Notes: generated by a model not told the origin, from the sequence alone. A stretch of 64,000 bases of DNA from Candidatus Falkowbacteria bacterium (GCA_963774955.1 CAVZGV010000006.1:223224-287223); one strand, 5' to 3'. Shown: positions 29,055-38,192, numbered from the stretch's first letter. Numbers and translations: made by a program.

Positions 29055-29811
29055 CTTTAAAATTAATTAAATTCTTTATTAATAACTTTATTATCACCTT
29101 ACCCTGGGCTAAATTAATTTCCTGAATTTGCCCAAGCAGGCTGACTGAATTTAAAAGACTGTTAAGCGCATTTGTGCCCAGATTTTCAATCAAAATAGAC
29201 CCGATAAAGCCCGGCAGTCTCAAGTCGCCTAACTTAAAATCAATTACCTTGAATTTTAATTTACCGTCATCAACTTCGGGTTTAGCATGAAGGGTTATAA
29301 TTACGTTCTTAGGGTTTTTACTTTTCATAAAAAATTCAACCAGATCAGACTTCACCGCAATTTGCCAAAATTCTATATCAGACTTAAACTGATCATTTTT
29401 GACCAGTTGATTATTCAATAAGCCCGTGAGCTCAGCTTCGCTAAGATCAAAATCGACCGCAATATTATCAGTCTTTTTCTGTTTTAATGCTTCGTTGGAA
29501 ACCAAAGAGGCCAGCCGTTTAATTATACTATTTTCATCGGCTTTCTGCGCAGTAACAAGATACAAGGGCTTGGGCTCATGATAAAAATAAGCGGTGAAAA
29601 CCGGAACTTGTCTCAAACCGCTTTTGGCCAGGACATATGAACCAAAACCTAAAAGAACTAAAAGTAAAAACAAAATAATCAGCAGACAGGTTCCGCAATT
29701 AAAAATCTTCTTGCTTTGCTTATGTTTAAGATCTTTTTTCAAACGGGAAATTTCAGCCTGCATCTGGTTCAAACTGCTATCGCCCACATTTCCTGGGTCT
29801 AATCTTGTCAT
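29044..29811 (-). CDS. Membrane-anchored hypothetical protein
   Basis: N-terminal coiled coil, single TM (LLIILFLLLVLLGFGSYVLA), extracytoplasmic domain. Confidence 0.4.
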   Translation of the reverse strand: MTRLDPGNVGDSSLNQMQAEISRLKKDLKHKQSKKIFNCGTCLLIILFLLLVLLGFGSYVLAKSGLRQVPVFTAYFYHEPKPLYLVTAQKADENSIIKRLASLVSNEALKQKKTDNIAVDFDLSEAELTGLLNNQLVKNDQFKSDIEFWQIAVKSDLVEFFMKSKNPKNVIITLHAKPEVDDGKLKFKVIDFKLGDLRLPGFIGSILIENLGTNALNSLLNSVSLLGQIQEINLAQGKVIIKLLIKNLINFKDAI

Positions 29812-29884
29812 AATTAAAAATAAAGACTAATTTTAAATATTATATACGGACCGACAAATTATATTTCTTCTAAAATCAACAACC

Positions 29885-30964
29885 TTATTCGAGTCTGACC
29901 TCATCGGAATGTTTCTTTTCCAAAAAATCTTCAAAAAAGACAGACAACGCGGTCGCTAAAGGAATAGCCAAGATAACACCGGCAAAACCACCGAGCCTGA
30001 CACCGATCAAAAGAGCGCAAATACTAATTACCGGATTTAAACCCACAGCTTTGCGCATGACATTTGGCACTAAAATATTATTTTCAAAAATTTGAATAAG
30101 GATATAACAAATTAAAACCAGCAAAGCCTGAATTGGTGAATGCAGCAAAGTTAAAGACACGGCAATAAAGCCTGAAAATGCAGGGCCTAAATAAGGGATG
30201 AATTCCAAGAGTCCAGCGATAATTGCCAAAATCAAGGCGTATTTTACGCCCAAAGCCAATAAGACCAGGTACACGAGAATAAAAATACTAAAACATAAAA
30301 TTAATTGACCGCGCAGCCAAAGTCCTAATTGCTTTTCAATGCGATTGAAAAGCTGATAAGCATAAGGCAAGGAATCCGCCGGCAGGACAGAGCGCAAAAT
30401 CTTTTTCGGAGCGTTTTCTTCAACCAACAAATAAAAGGTAATGACTAAAATGACAAAAAACGCAAAAATATTGCCGATAAAATTTCCGATTCTGGAAAAG
30501 ATATCCGAGGTCGCCACAGGCAAGGTGGTCGTTAATGTATCCAGGTATGATTTGATTTGCTGAGAAACGCCGTAATTATTAAGAATCTGGCTAAAACTAG
30601 AAAATCTGGTGGCGATGGTTTCCCAGTATTGAGGGAAACTAATCCGCAACTGATCTGTCTGGTCAATTATAGGCGAAACCAGCAAGCTGACAATAACCGC
30701 CAAGAATGCCAGCATGCCCAGATAAATCATGAGTACCGCCACAATTTTGGGGATTTTCTTCTGTTTCAGCCAGGCAACCATTGGCTCCAAAATTGAAACC
30801 AAAATAAAGGCAAAAAATAAAATAGCGATCACTTCCCTGATCAGATAGGCCAGCCAAATTAAAAGCCCGGCAAACAATATTTTAATAATTGTTCCCGGAG
30901 TAATTTCAAAAAATATTTTCCTATTTATGCTGTCCATAAATAACAGAAACCGCTTCTCGATCAA
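29885..30964 (-). CDS. AI-2E family transporter (PerM/UPF0118-like)
   Basis: 8-TM protein with the characteristic architecture and sequence pattern (LIREVIAILFFAFILVSILEP...). Confidence 0.65.
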   Translation of the reverse strand: MIEKRFLLFMDSINRKIFFEITPGTIIKILFAGLLIWLAYLIREVIAILFFAFILVSILEPMVAWLKQKKIPKIVAVLMIYLGMLAFLAVIVSLLVSPIIDQTDQLRISFPQYWETIATRFSSFSQILNNYGVSQQIKSYLDTLTTTLPVATSDIFSRIGNFIGNIFAFFVILVITFYLLVEENAPKKILRSVLPADSLPYAYQLFNRIEKQLGLWLRGQLILCFSIFILVYLVLLALGVKYALILAIIAGLLEFIPYLGPAFSGFIAVSLTLLHSPIQALLVLICYILIQIFENNILVPNVMRKAVGLNPVISICALLIGVRLGGFAGVILAIPLATALSVFFEDFLEKKHSDEVRLE

Positions 30965-31110
30965 ACTTGGAAAGTTTATTAGAAAGCGGTATTTTTTAGC
31001 CTTAAATTAGCATAAGTAATTATAATACTACTTATATTATAAGAAACTTGGGCTAATCGGTCAACCCTTGACAATCCAGGACTAATTATGCTAATTTAAC
31101 ATATTGGGCA

Positions 31111-31201
31111 GCAGATTAATACCCACAGGACCTGAAGTTAATAAAAAAATCTATTACCCCTTTCTTTCTTAATTTTCACGGTTCTGTGGGTATTAATCTG
31201 C
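31111..31201. repeat. Long inverted repeat GCAGATTAATACCCACAG ... CTGTGGGTATTAATCTGC (18-bp arms, ~55-bp spacer)
   Basis: Read directly. Followed by hairpin GAAGAAGGC-TGGC-GCCTTCTTTC. Upstream of smpB. Confidence 0.7.
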
Positions 31202-31354
31202 GATTCAATTGAAGAAGGCTGGCGCCTTCTTTCTTTATTTCCATAAATACAAATGATATAGTGTAAAGTGAATAGTGAATAATTTTCAACCCCCTATACA
31301 TAACACCATTCACCAAACCAACCTCCTAGCCCTTACACATTACCCTAATAGACT

Positions 31355-31807
31355 ATGCCAACATTAGCCACCAATAAAAAAGCCAGATTTGACTATGAGA
31401 TACTGGAAACCTTTGAAGCCGGCATTGTTTTGTCTGGCCAAGAAGTCAAATCAGCCAAGGCCGGCCACATCAACCTAAACGGCGCCTATGTGTTTATAGA
31501 CAAAAAACGCAACGTGTTTTTAATCAATGCCAGCATAACCCTTTACAAGCCAGCCGGCCCCCAGCCAAATTACGATCCCAATCACTCCAGAAAGCTACTT
31601 TTACATCAGCAAGAAATTGATAATTTGGCGGGAAAAATCCAACAAGCAGGATTGACTTTAACCCCTCTTTCATTGTATACTAAACATAACAAAATTAAGG
31701 TAGAAATAGGCTTGGCCCGCGGCAAAAAAAAGTATGATAAACGCGAAACCATACGTAAAAGAGACGACCAACGCCAAATACAGCGCCTTTTAAAAACAAA
31801 AAGATAA
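31355..31807 (+). CDS. smpB: SsrA-binding protein SmpB
   Basis: KKARFDYEILETFEAGIVLSGQEVKS...GAYVFIDKKRNVFLINASIT, near-canonical SmpB. Immediately followed by tmRNA. Confidence 0.9.
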   Translation: MPTLATNKKARFDYEILETFEAGIVLSGQEVKSAKAGHINLNGAYVFIDKKRNVFLINASITLYKPAGPQPNYDPNHSRKLLLHQQEIDNLAGKIQQAGLTLTPLSLYTKHNKIKVEIGLARGKKKYDKRETIRKRDDQRQIQRLLKTKR

Positions 31808-31856
31808 AATAATTCCTAAGTTCTTAGTTATAAGTTCTTAGTTCTGATTTATTAAA

Positions 31857-32243
31857 GGGGATGACCGGTTTCGATAGATTGATCTTTGAACAAAACGGCA
31901 AGCCGAGCTGCTACCATGCTCGTTAAACTGATAGCCACTTTATAAGTGCAAACACATTTTTAAGCAGGGTTAACGCAGCTTTTGCGTTCAACTTTGCTCC
32001 TGTTGCCGCGTAATTGCCGCAACCATTCGGATCTTTGACGCCTAATAGAAGACTCCGGGTGTCAAACTTATTAGGCTCTGTTAAGCAAGGCTCGCCTCTG
32101 CCAACTTAGCAAGAAAACTGGGGCAAGGTATAAGAATTTGGTTAGGATTACTATCTTATATTTTCAACCTAATCCTAAACAAGCTTGTAGATGTTTTGCC
32201 GAAGGCTTTCTAGACGCGGGTTCAATTCCCGCCATCTCCACCC
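31857..32243 (+). ncRNA. ssrA: tmRNA (ssrA)
   Basis: 5' GGGGATGACCGGTTTCGA... and 3' ...GGACGCGGGTTCAATTCCCGCCATCTCCACC form a tRNA-Ala-like acceptor/T-arm with a G3:U70 pair. Directly downstream of smpB. A candidate tag ORF ends ...FAPVAA-TAA at 32011-32013. Confidence 0.8.
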
Positions 32244-32245
32244 CT

Positions 32246-32422
32246 ACACTCCTGTCGTTACAAGGGGTGGTACTCCGTAGCTTTAGCGAAGGAGTACCCG
32301 ATCGCTACTATTTCTTAAACCCGCTTCAGAATATATTCGCTCCTCCGGAGCTTCGGGGTGTAAACACTCCTGTCGTTACAAGGGGTGGTACTCCGTAGCT
32401 TTAGCGAAGGAGTACCCGATCT
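32246..32422. repeat. Two identical 58-bp direct repeats (32246-32303 and 32365-32422), 3 bp after the tmRNA 3' end
   Basis: ACACTCCTGTCGTTACAAGGGGTGGTACTCCGTAGCTTTAGCGAAGGAGTACCCGATC occurs twice. Each contains hairpin GGTACTCC-GTAGCTTTAGCGAA-GGAGTACC. Confidence 0.85.
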
Positions 32423-32471
32423 TTACTACCGCGTCTTAGGGTGTATACACTTATAAAACCAAAACAAAAAA

Positions 32472-32738
32472 ATGGAATACATTGTTTACATTTTACAAAG
32501 TGAAAAAGACGGAAGTCATTATACAGGGCTCACTACTGACTTAAGGCTAAGAATCAAAAGTCATAATGAAGGAACTTCAATATATTCTTCGTCCAAAAAG
32601 CCTTTTATCCTTGTATGGCACTGCTCATTCCCTGATAAAAAATTAGCCGCTAAGTTTGAACATTATTTAAAAACAGGCTCCGGCATAGCCTTTCGCAACA
32701 AAAGATTAATAAATTACCATAAAAATATAAAACATTAA
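32472..32738 (+). CDS. GIY-YIG nuclease family small protein
   Basis: YIVYILQSEKDGSHYTGLTTDLRLRIKSHNEG matches the GIY...YIG motif with conserved R and N. Confidence 0.7.
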   Translation: MEYIVYILQSEKDGSHYTGLTTDLRLRIKSHNEGTSIYSSSKKPFILVWHCSFPDKKLAAKFEHYLKTGSGIAFRNKRLINYHKNIKH

Positions 32739-32771
32739 TTAGTAAAAATTTCGTGATAATTCGTTCAACTT

Positions 32772-33335
32772 ATGAAACGTATCAAATTCGGCCGCAGGCC
32801 GTTAATAAAACTTCTTCCCCAGGAAATTTATCCGGTTAATGAAAAAATCCGCGAACCAGAACTTCGGGTCATTGATGAAAACAACCAGATGGTCGGTGTT
32901 ATTCCAACAGCTCAGGCCTTGCAAATGGCTAAAGAACGAGAATTAGACCTGGTTGTAGTTTCCCCTAAAGCCCAGCCACCTGTAGCTAAATTTTTAAGTT
33001 ATAGCAGTTATAAATACCAAAAAGAGAAAGAAGCACGCAAACAAAAAGCTTTGCAAAAATCAGCGGAAATGAAAGAAATCAGACTTTCTCCAAGAATTGG
33101 GCGACATGACTTGGATATTAGACTAAAACAAGCCGAAAAATTCATCCAACGCGGAGATAAAGTAGTTATCATTGTCATGATGAAAGGTCGCGAGAAGCAG
33201 CATGCTGATTTGGGCCGACAAATACTGGAAACCTTTATTAAGGACCTGAGTTTGATTATTAAAATAAAATTAGAACAAGAAATTAAGCGCCAAGGCGGTA
33301 ACTTCTCAGCCATTATTCTGGCAGACAAGGCCTAA
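32772..33335 (+). CDS. infC: Translation initiation factor IF-3
   Basis: INEKIREPELRVIDENNQMVGV N-domain. C-domain IRLSPRIGRHDLDIRLKQAEKFIQRGDKVVIIVMMKGRE. Operon with rpmI-rplT. Confidence 0.9.
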   Translation: MKRIKFGRRPLIKLLPQEIYPVNEKIREPELRVIDENNQMVGVIPTAQALQMAKERELDLVVVSPKAQPPVAKFLSYSSYKYQKEKEARKQKALQKSAEMKEIRLSPRIGRHDLDIRLKQAEKFIQRGDKVVIIVMMKGREKQHADLGRQILETFIKDLSLIIKIKLEQEIKRQGGNFSAIILADKA

Positions 33336-33487
33336 ACTTGACTAATTTTAATTAAAAAGCTACAATATGCTTAAATTAGCTTAAAGAGCTAATTTTATAT
33401 TTACAGAATAAACAGTTACTAAAAGCTGTGCCGCAAAGCGGCATCCCGCTGCGCGGGGTAATCTTAAATCTTAAAATAGTTACAAAT

Positions 33488-33688
33488 ATGCCAAAAATGA
33501 AAACCCACAAAAGTATTGCCAAACGCTTCAAAATATCCAAGACCGGCAAATTGATTAAAAGAAAAGCTGGCCAGGGACATTTTAATGCTCGTGAAAAAGG
33601 CAGTGTTACCCGGGCCAAAAGACTCAATAAAAGCACGGCTGAAGCAGTAGCCAAACCATTAAAACAGTTAATTCCCTATTCAAATTAA
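33488..33688 (+). CDS. rpmI: 50S ribosomal protein L35. Start moved to MPKMKTHK
   Basis: MPKMKTHKSIAKRFKISKTGKLIKRKAGQGH is the canonical L35 N-terminus. The ORF-track N-terminal extension (from 33428) is not supported. Confidence 0.85.
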   Translation: MPKMKTHKSIAKRFKISKTGKLIKRKAGQGHFNAREKGSVTRAKRLNKSTAEAVAKPLKQLIPYSN

Positions 33689-33737
33689 AACTAACCCAAT
33701 TTTATTTTTTATATTTAATTTTTGATTTTCTAAAGAT

Positions 33738-34082
33738 ATGCCAAGAGTAAAACGAGCCGTTATCCATTTGAAAAAAAGACGCACCATCAGAAAAGCCACC
33801 AAAGGCTATATGTGGGGCCGTAAAAAAACTATCAGACTGGGCCACACAGCTATGCTTAAGGCCGGTGTTTATGCGTTTGCCCATCGTCGCGATAAAAAAG
33901 GCGATTTTCGCAAGCTCTGGAATACCAGAATCAATGCAGCTGTGAGAGAACATGGTCTGAGCTATTCCAAATTTATTAATTTGCTGGCTAAGAAAAAAAT
34001 CGAACTTGATCGCAAAGTCCTGGCTGACCTGGCCATGAATTACCCGGAAGTATTTATAAAAATCATTGACGCAGTAAAATAA
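33738..34082 (+). CDS. rplT: 50S ribosomal protein L20
   Basis: MPRVKRAVIHLKKRRTIRKATKGYMWGRKK...GVYAFAHRRDKKGDFRKLW, canonical L20. Confidence 0.9.
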   Translation: MPRVKRAVIHLKKRRTIRKATKGYMWGRKKTIRLGHTAMLKAGVYAFAHRRDKKGDFRKLWNTRINAAVREHGLSYSKFINLLAKKKIELDRKVLADLAMNYPEVFIKIIDAVK

Positions 34083-34085
34083 GAA

Positions 34086-34118
34086 AAACCCCCGATAAAC
34101 CGGGGTTTTTCTATTTTT
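34086..34118 (+). terminator. Rho-independent terminator after rplT
   Basis: AAAAACCCCCGATAAACCGGGGTTTTTCTATTTTT. Confidence 0.6.
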
Positions 34119-34230
34119 CCCAGGAGGTTAAAGTCAACGGACCTTGACAACTTAATAAAATCATGTTATGATGATTTGTTGTGTTTTTTTTAATGTGAAA
34201 ATTGTTTTAATCAAGGTAACTACAAAAACT

Positions 34231-34761
34231 ATGGAACAGACAGAAAGAGAACGAGTGTTTCTGGTGAAAAAATTGCCTGCTGATCTAAATCAGTATCAGC
34301 CCATCACGATTCAAGTCGGCGATTTTTTCGACTCCAATTCCCCTGACGCCTTAAAAATCAGACGCAAAGGCGATCATTGTCATCTGATCAAAAAGCTTAC
34401 CAACTCTGCCCTGGAAAGAATCGAACACGTAATCGACATCAAACCGGGAGAATTCGATGCGCTGATCAAAGCCACAGTCCAATCACACAAAAAGTTAAGA
34501 TACTTCTACCCGTACGGCCAATACACCTGTGAACTGGACTGTTATCAAGACAGCTTAAACGGCTATGTCCGGGTGGAAGTGGAATTTGAAACCGAACAGG
34601 AAGCAAAGGACTTTGTACCGCCGGAGTGGTTTGGCGACGAAATCACGGAAATCAACCATGAAATTCATGAAGATCTGGGTCTAGTGACCTTTGATGAGAT
34701 GAAAGAACGCTACGCCAAAAAAGGAATCAACTTATTTCCAGTCTTTTTATCAGCTAATTAA
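34231..34761 (+). CDS. CYTH-like (triphosphate tunnel metalloenzyme) domain protein. Start at MEQTERE
   Basis: ERVFLVKKLP resembles the CYTH N-terminal E.E.KFLV signature. Later YVRVEVEFETEQE resembles the acidic beta-strand. Weak assignment. First of four co-oriented genes. Confidence 0.4.
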   Translation: MEQTERERVFLVKKLPADLNQYQPITIQVGDFFDSNSPDALKIRRKGDHCHLIKKLTNSALERIEHVIDIKPGEFDALIKATVQSHKKLRYFYPYGQYTCELDCYQDSLNGYVRVEVEFETEQEAKDFVPPEWFGDEITEINHEIHEDLGLVTFDEMKERYAKKGINLFPVFLSAN

Positions 34762-34871
34762 CAGCTGCCCTTATCGGGGCCGCTGTTTTTTTTACATATT
34801 GGTTAGCATTTTGACAACTTACAAACAACTTTTTAAAACAAACATCAACTAATAAAACACGGGGGTGTGCG

Positions 34872-36653
34872 ATGAAACCGAAAGTCGTTCTTGTCAATTT
34901 GATTTCTATGGATTATCTGACCCGCTATCAGGCGCCGCTAGCTGTGAATGTCCTGGCCGGATATTTGCATGCCAAAATTCCGAACATTCCGATCGAAATT
35001 CTCGATATGCAGAAAATTTTCAAAACGCATAATAACGACGGGCAAACCGTGGCTGAAAATTTTCAACGCACCATTGACCAGGTCATTACTGAAATCCTGG
35101 ACAATTGCCAAAAAGGCCCGACACTTGTCGGCCTTTCAATCAAATGGACGACCCAAAAAATCGCCCAGGAGATTATTGAACGGGTTCACGAGCAGTCTCC
35201 CCTTGCCAAGCCGCTTTTTATCATCGGCAACATCGGAGCCACCCATGGCTACCACGAACTTCTGCTGCAGCCGTCATTTCAGGATGTGCTGGCAGTCGTT
35301 GGCGAAGGCGAAGAAGCTCTGACCCAAATCGGACATCAGGCCAGGACGCACCTGACTTCTTTCTGCACCAAGCAGCATTATCAAGACATTGCCGGTGTCG
35401 CTGTGAACCTTGACGGCAATATTCACCTCTGTCCTCCGCAACAAATCGATTTGGCCAATTATCCTCGGCTTGAGATTGTTAACCCTGCCGATATCTACGA
35501 TGAAGAATGGGACGTGCATGCGCTGGAGACCAGTCGCGGCTGTCCCTGGGGCAGATGCAAATTCTGTTCCATCAGAAAACAGTTTGACAACGGGCAGCCA
35601 AATAACCGGGACAACAACAATTGGCGCTGGCGCGGCTTTGCCGTGGACAAGGTCCTCGACGATATTAGAAAATACGCGGCCTTGGGTGTCAGAAAATTCG
35701 ATTTCAAAGATTCTGAATTTTTTGGCCCCATGAAAACCAAGGCCGATTTTGAGACGTCGATTATCAGAGCCGAAATGATTGCCAAAGGTATTTTAACCAT
35801 CAACGAGGAACTTAAGGAAAACAACGACAACGTGCCTGACAAAACTATTTCCATTACCCATGTCTCTGCCCGCGTGGACACTATTTATAGTTCCCGCACG
35901 GGTGAAGAAGAAAGAAATGTCAGGCGTAAAAACGTCTATGCCCTGCTCAAATCCTGCGGTCTGCGCCGAGTTTATCTGGGCATTGAATCGGGCAGTCCGA
36001 CTCAGCTCAAACGCTTCTGCAAAGGAGTGCCGGTCTCGGACAACCTGAAAGCGATCACTATTTTGCGTGAACTCGGTCTGGAAATCGAAGTTGGCTTTAT
36101 CTTCTTCGACTATCTGGCTACTCTCGATGACTTGCACGCCAATATCGCCTTCATCGAGAAAAGCCGGATTCACCAGACTGATTCCCGCATCTTGGGCAGC
36201 CTGCGCATCCAAAAAGGCTCACCCTATGTTGATCTGGCCAGAAAGGAAAATATTCTCGGACAGGAAGATCCCGGTCAGCTCAGCTATCAAGCCAAGTTTT
36301 TGGATTCTAACGTTGAGTCCATTGAGAAAATCTTCACTACCTGGGAAAAAGCCACCCGAGCGCTGGTCAAAATCCTGCCCCGCTATCTGCGCATTGCCAG
36401 CTATCAACTTGATTTCTACTTTCTCAAAGCGCTGATCGCCTGCTTCCGCCACAAAAAAACCGCCAAACTGGCTGACTTGATTGACGACTTTGTCAGCCAG
36501 CGTGAAGAGCTGCTGCTGCTAATCGGCCAGGAAGCCGAAAACGGACGCTTTGGCAAACACAACCAGAAACTGCTGCGCGAATACCTGGCCTTGGCGCAAG
36601 ATAAAAATAATAGGCTGATCAGTCAAACCAAAAACCAAAACTTGGCCGCTTAA
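34872..36653 (+). CDS. B12-binding-domain radical SAM protein with atypical Cx4Cx2C cluster motif
   Basis: N-terminal Rossmann-like B12-binding-type region (KVVLVNLISMDY...LFIIGNIGATHGYHELL) followed by ETSRGCPWGRCKFCS and a glycine-rich GIESGSPTQLKRF segment. Confidence 0.5.
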   Translation: MKPKVVLVNLISMDYLTRYQAPLAVNVLAGYLHAKIPNIPIEILDMQKIFKTHNNDGQTVAENFQRTIDQVITEILDNCQKGPTLVGLSIKWTTQKIAQEIIERVHEQSPLAKPLFIIGNIGATHGYHELLLQPSFQDVLAVVGEGEEALTQIGHQARTHLTSFCTKQHYQDIAGVAVNLDGNIHLCPPQQIDLANYPRLEIVNPADIYDEEWDVHALETSRGCPWGRCKFCSIRKQFDNGQPNNRDNNNWRWRGFAVDKVLDDIRKYAALGVRKFDFKDSEFFGPMKTKADFETSIIRAEMIAKGILTINEELKENNDNVPDKTISITHVSARVDTIYSSRTGEEERNVRRKNVYALLKSCGLRRVYLGIESGSPTQLKRFCKGVPVSDNLKAITILRELGLEIEVGFIFFDYLATLDDLHANIAFIEKSRIHQTDSRILGSLRIQKGSPYVDLARKENILGQEDPGQLSYQAKFLDSNVESIEKIFTTWEKATRALVKILPRYLRIASYQLDFYFLKALIACFRHKKTAKLADLIDDFVSQREELLLLIGQEAENGRFGKHNQKLLREYLALAQDKNNRLISQTKNQNLAA

Positions 36654-36667
36654 CCCGGGGGTGTGTC

Positions 36668-37255
36668 ATGTCTGGAAAACTGGCAGTCTTTGAGGGCTTG
36701 GACGTTTCTGGCAAATCGACAATTGCCAAGACGATCGGCAAACAGGAAGGCTGGGTTTATTACAAGACTCCACCGCCTGCCTTTTTCGACCGCTGCCTGC
36801 AAATGAACACTGACGGCAAACCGTCTTATTCGGAACAGCGGATGCAGCTATTCATGGAATCACTGCAGTTCGCTTCCCGAAAAATTAAAGCCCTGCTGGC
36901 CAAAGACATTTCCGTGGCCTGCGACCGCTGGGTCTGGACCACCCTGTCTTACCATCTGGCTTTCAATGACAATCTGCGCTCTCAGGCTCTGAATAACTGG
37001 CAGAGCTATATCCCCCAAAATATGGTCCGACCTGATTTCAGCTTTCTGATTACGGTCAAAGACCAGGCGGAATGGCAAAAACGTGTCTGCGCCAGACCCA
37101 TACTGACTGCTCATGACCGGATGATAACCAACAACCGGAAAAAACGAGAGCTGGTCATGCATTTGTACCAGCGCTTTAATCCCGGGTTTATTGTTCTGGA
37201 CAATTCCGGAACACTTGCCGACACTCTGAATCTGGTGTCGAATTCTCTCAACTAA
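36668..37255 (+). CDS. P-loop kinase of the thymidylate (dNMP) kinase fold
   Basis: LAVFEGLDVSGKSTIAKTI (Walker A in dTMP-kinase context) and ACDRWVWTTLSYHLA (DRY..S..AYQ-like region). 14-nt gap from the preceding radical SAM gene. Confidence 0.45.
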   Translation: MSGKLAVFEGLDVSGKSTIAKTIGKQEGWVYYKTPPPAFFDRCLQMNTDGKPSYSEQRMQLFMESLQFASRKIKALLAKDISVACDRWVWTTLSYHLAFNDNLRSQALNNWQSYIPQNMVRPDFSFLITVKDQAEWQKRVCARPILTAHDRMITNNRKKRELVMHLYQRFNPGFIVLDNSGTLADTLNLVSNSLN

Positions 37256-37363
37256 TTTTATATTAAAGCCCTTCCTGCAACTCAGGAAGGGCTTTTTAGT
37301 ATTGATATTGACATTTTGCCATAATTAAGCTAAGTTAAATTATCAGAAACAAGGAGGATCAAA

Positions 37364-38137
37364 ATGAACAAGAACGTTCCTTTCATTAGTATCACTGACT
37401 TTATGAATCGAGTCCAGGCATATCAGATGTTAACTATTGCCAAAGAATACAACAGACAGGACAAACCAGTCAGGAAACTAGGCGTGGGTGTTATGATGAG
37501 CTATAAGACACTCCACGAGATACCGTCCAAATGGTCCCAAGCTTTTCCTCGAAATCAGGAAATATCCTCTATCTTTATTGATGATCCGCTGGCTTTCAAT
37601 GTTTTGCACTATGCAGACTATGAGGAAACTGATTTTTTTGCCAGCCTGCAATTTGCCCGCTACTGGGCCGGCTATAATCTGCACGCCATTCAGATGGACA
37701 TGATCTGGCCTGATCCCCGGGTAATTAAGGATTTTCGGGCTAAAAATCCGCATATCCAAATCATCCTGCAAGTCGGCGCCAAGGCCATTGAGCAAATCGG
37801 CACTAATCCCGAAAAACTCATTCAAAAGCTAAAAACTTATGGCCCCTGCCTGGATTATGTGCTTCTGGACAAAAGCATGGGCCAAGGCCATCCCATGGAT
37901 GCTCAAGGTCTAATTCCCTTTCTGGAAATTCTCGCTAACGAGCGACCGGATCTGGGATTAGTTGTTGCCGGTGGCTTAGGTCCGAATACATTGGACCTGG
38001 TCCAGCCCATCATTGCCAAATTTCCGCAAGTCAGTCTGGATGCCCAAGGCAAACTGCGTCCCAGCGGCAGTGCCCTGGATCCGGTTGACTGGGACATGGC
38101 AGGTACTTATTTGGAAAAAGCTTTCCAACTGTTTTAA
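37364..38137 (+). CDS. TIM-barrel protein resembling phosphoribosylanthranilate isomerase (TrpF-like)
   Basis: VLLDKSMGQGHPMDAQGL ... LVVAGGLGPNTL ... VSLDAQGKLRPSGSALDPV follows the order of TrpF motifs (LLD..GGTG..FDW / ILAGGL.P.NV / GVDVSSGVE...G.KD). No other trp genes in the window. Confidence 0.35.
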   Translation: MNKNVPFISITDFMNRVQAYQMLTIAKEYNRQDKPVRKLGVGVMMSYKTLHEIPSKWSQAFPRNQEISSIFIDDPLAFNVLHYADYEETDFFASLQFARYWAGYNLHAIQMDMIWPDPRVIKDFRAKNPHIQIILQVGAKAIEQIGTNPEKLIQKLKTYGPCLDYVLLDKSMGQGHPMDAQGLIPFLEILANERPDLGLVVAGGLGPNTLDLVQPIIAKFPQVSLDAQGKLRPSGSALDPVDWDMAGTYLEKAFQLF

Positions 38138-38139
38138 AC

Positions 38140-38178
38140 TCAAAGACCCTCGCAATGCGGGGGTCTTTTTTATTATTT
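38140..38178 (+). terminator. Rho-independent terminator ending the 34231-38137 operon
   Basis: AAAGACCCTCGCAATGCGGGGGTCTTTTTTATT. Confidence 0.6.
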
Positions 38179-38192
38179 TCAACTTTATATTT

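Noticed and set aside
31813-31850. Repeated TTCTTAGTT motifs downstream of smpB, also at 48425-48450
   Set aside because: Short AT-rich simple repeats near gene ends. Too short and degenerate to call a family.
33428-33487. 20-aa N-terminal extension of rpmI in the ORF track
   Set aside because: L35 canonically starts MPKMKTK. The extension covers the infC-rpmI leader hairpins.
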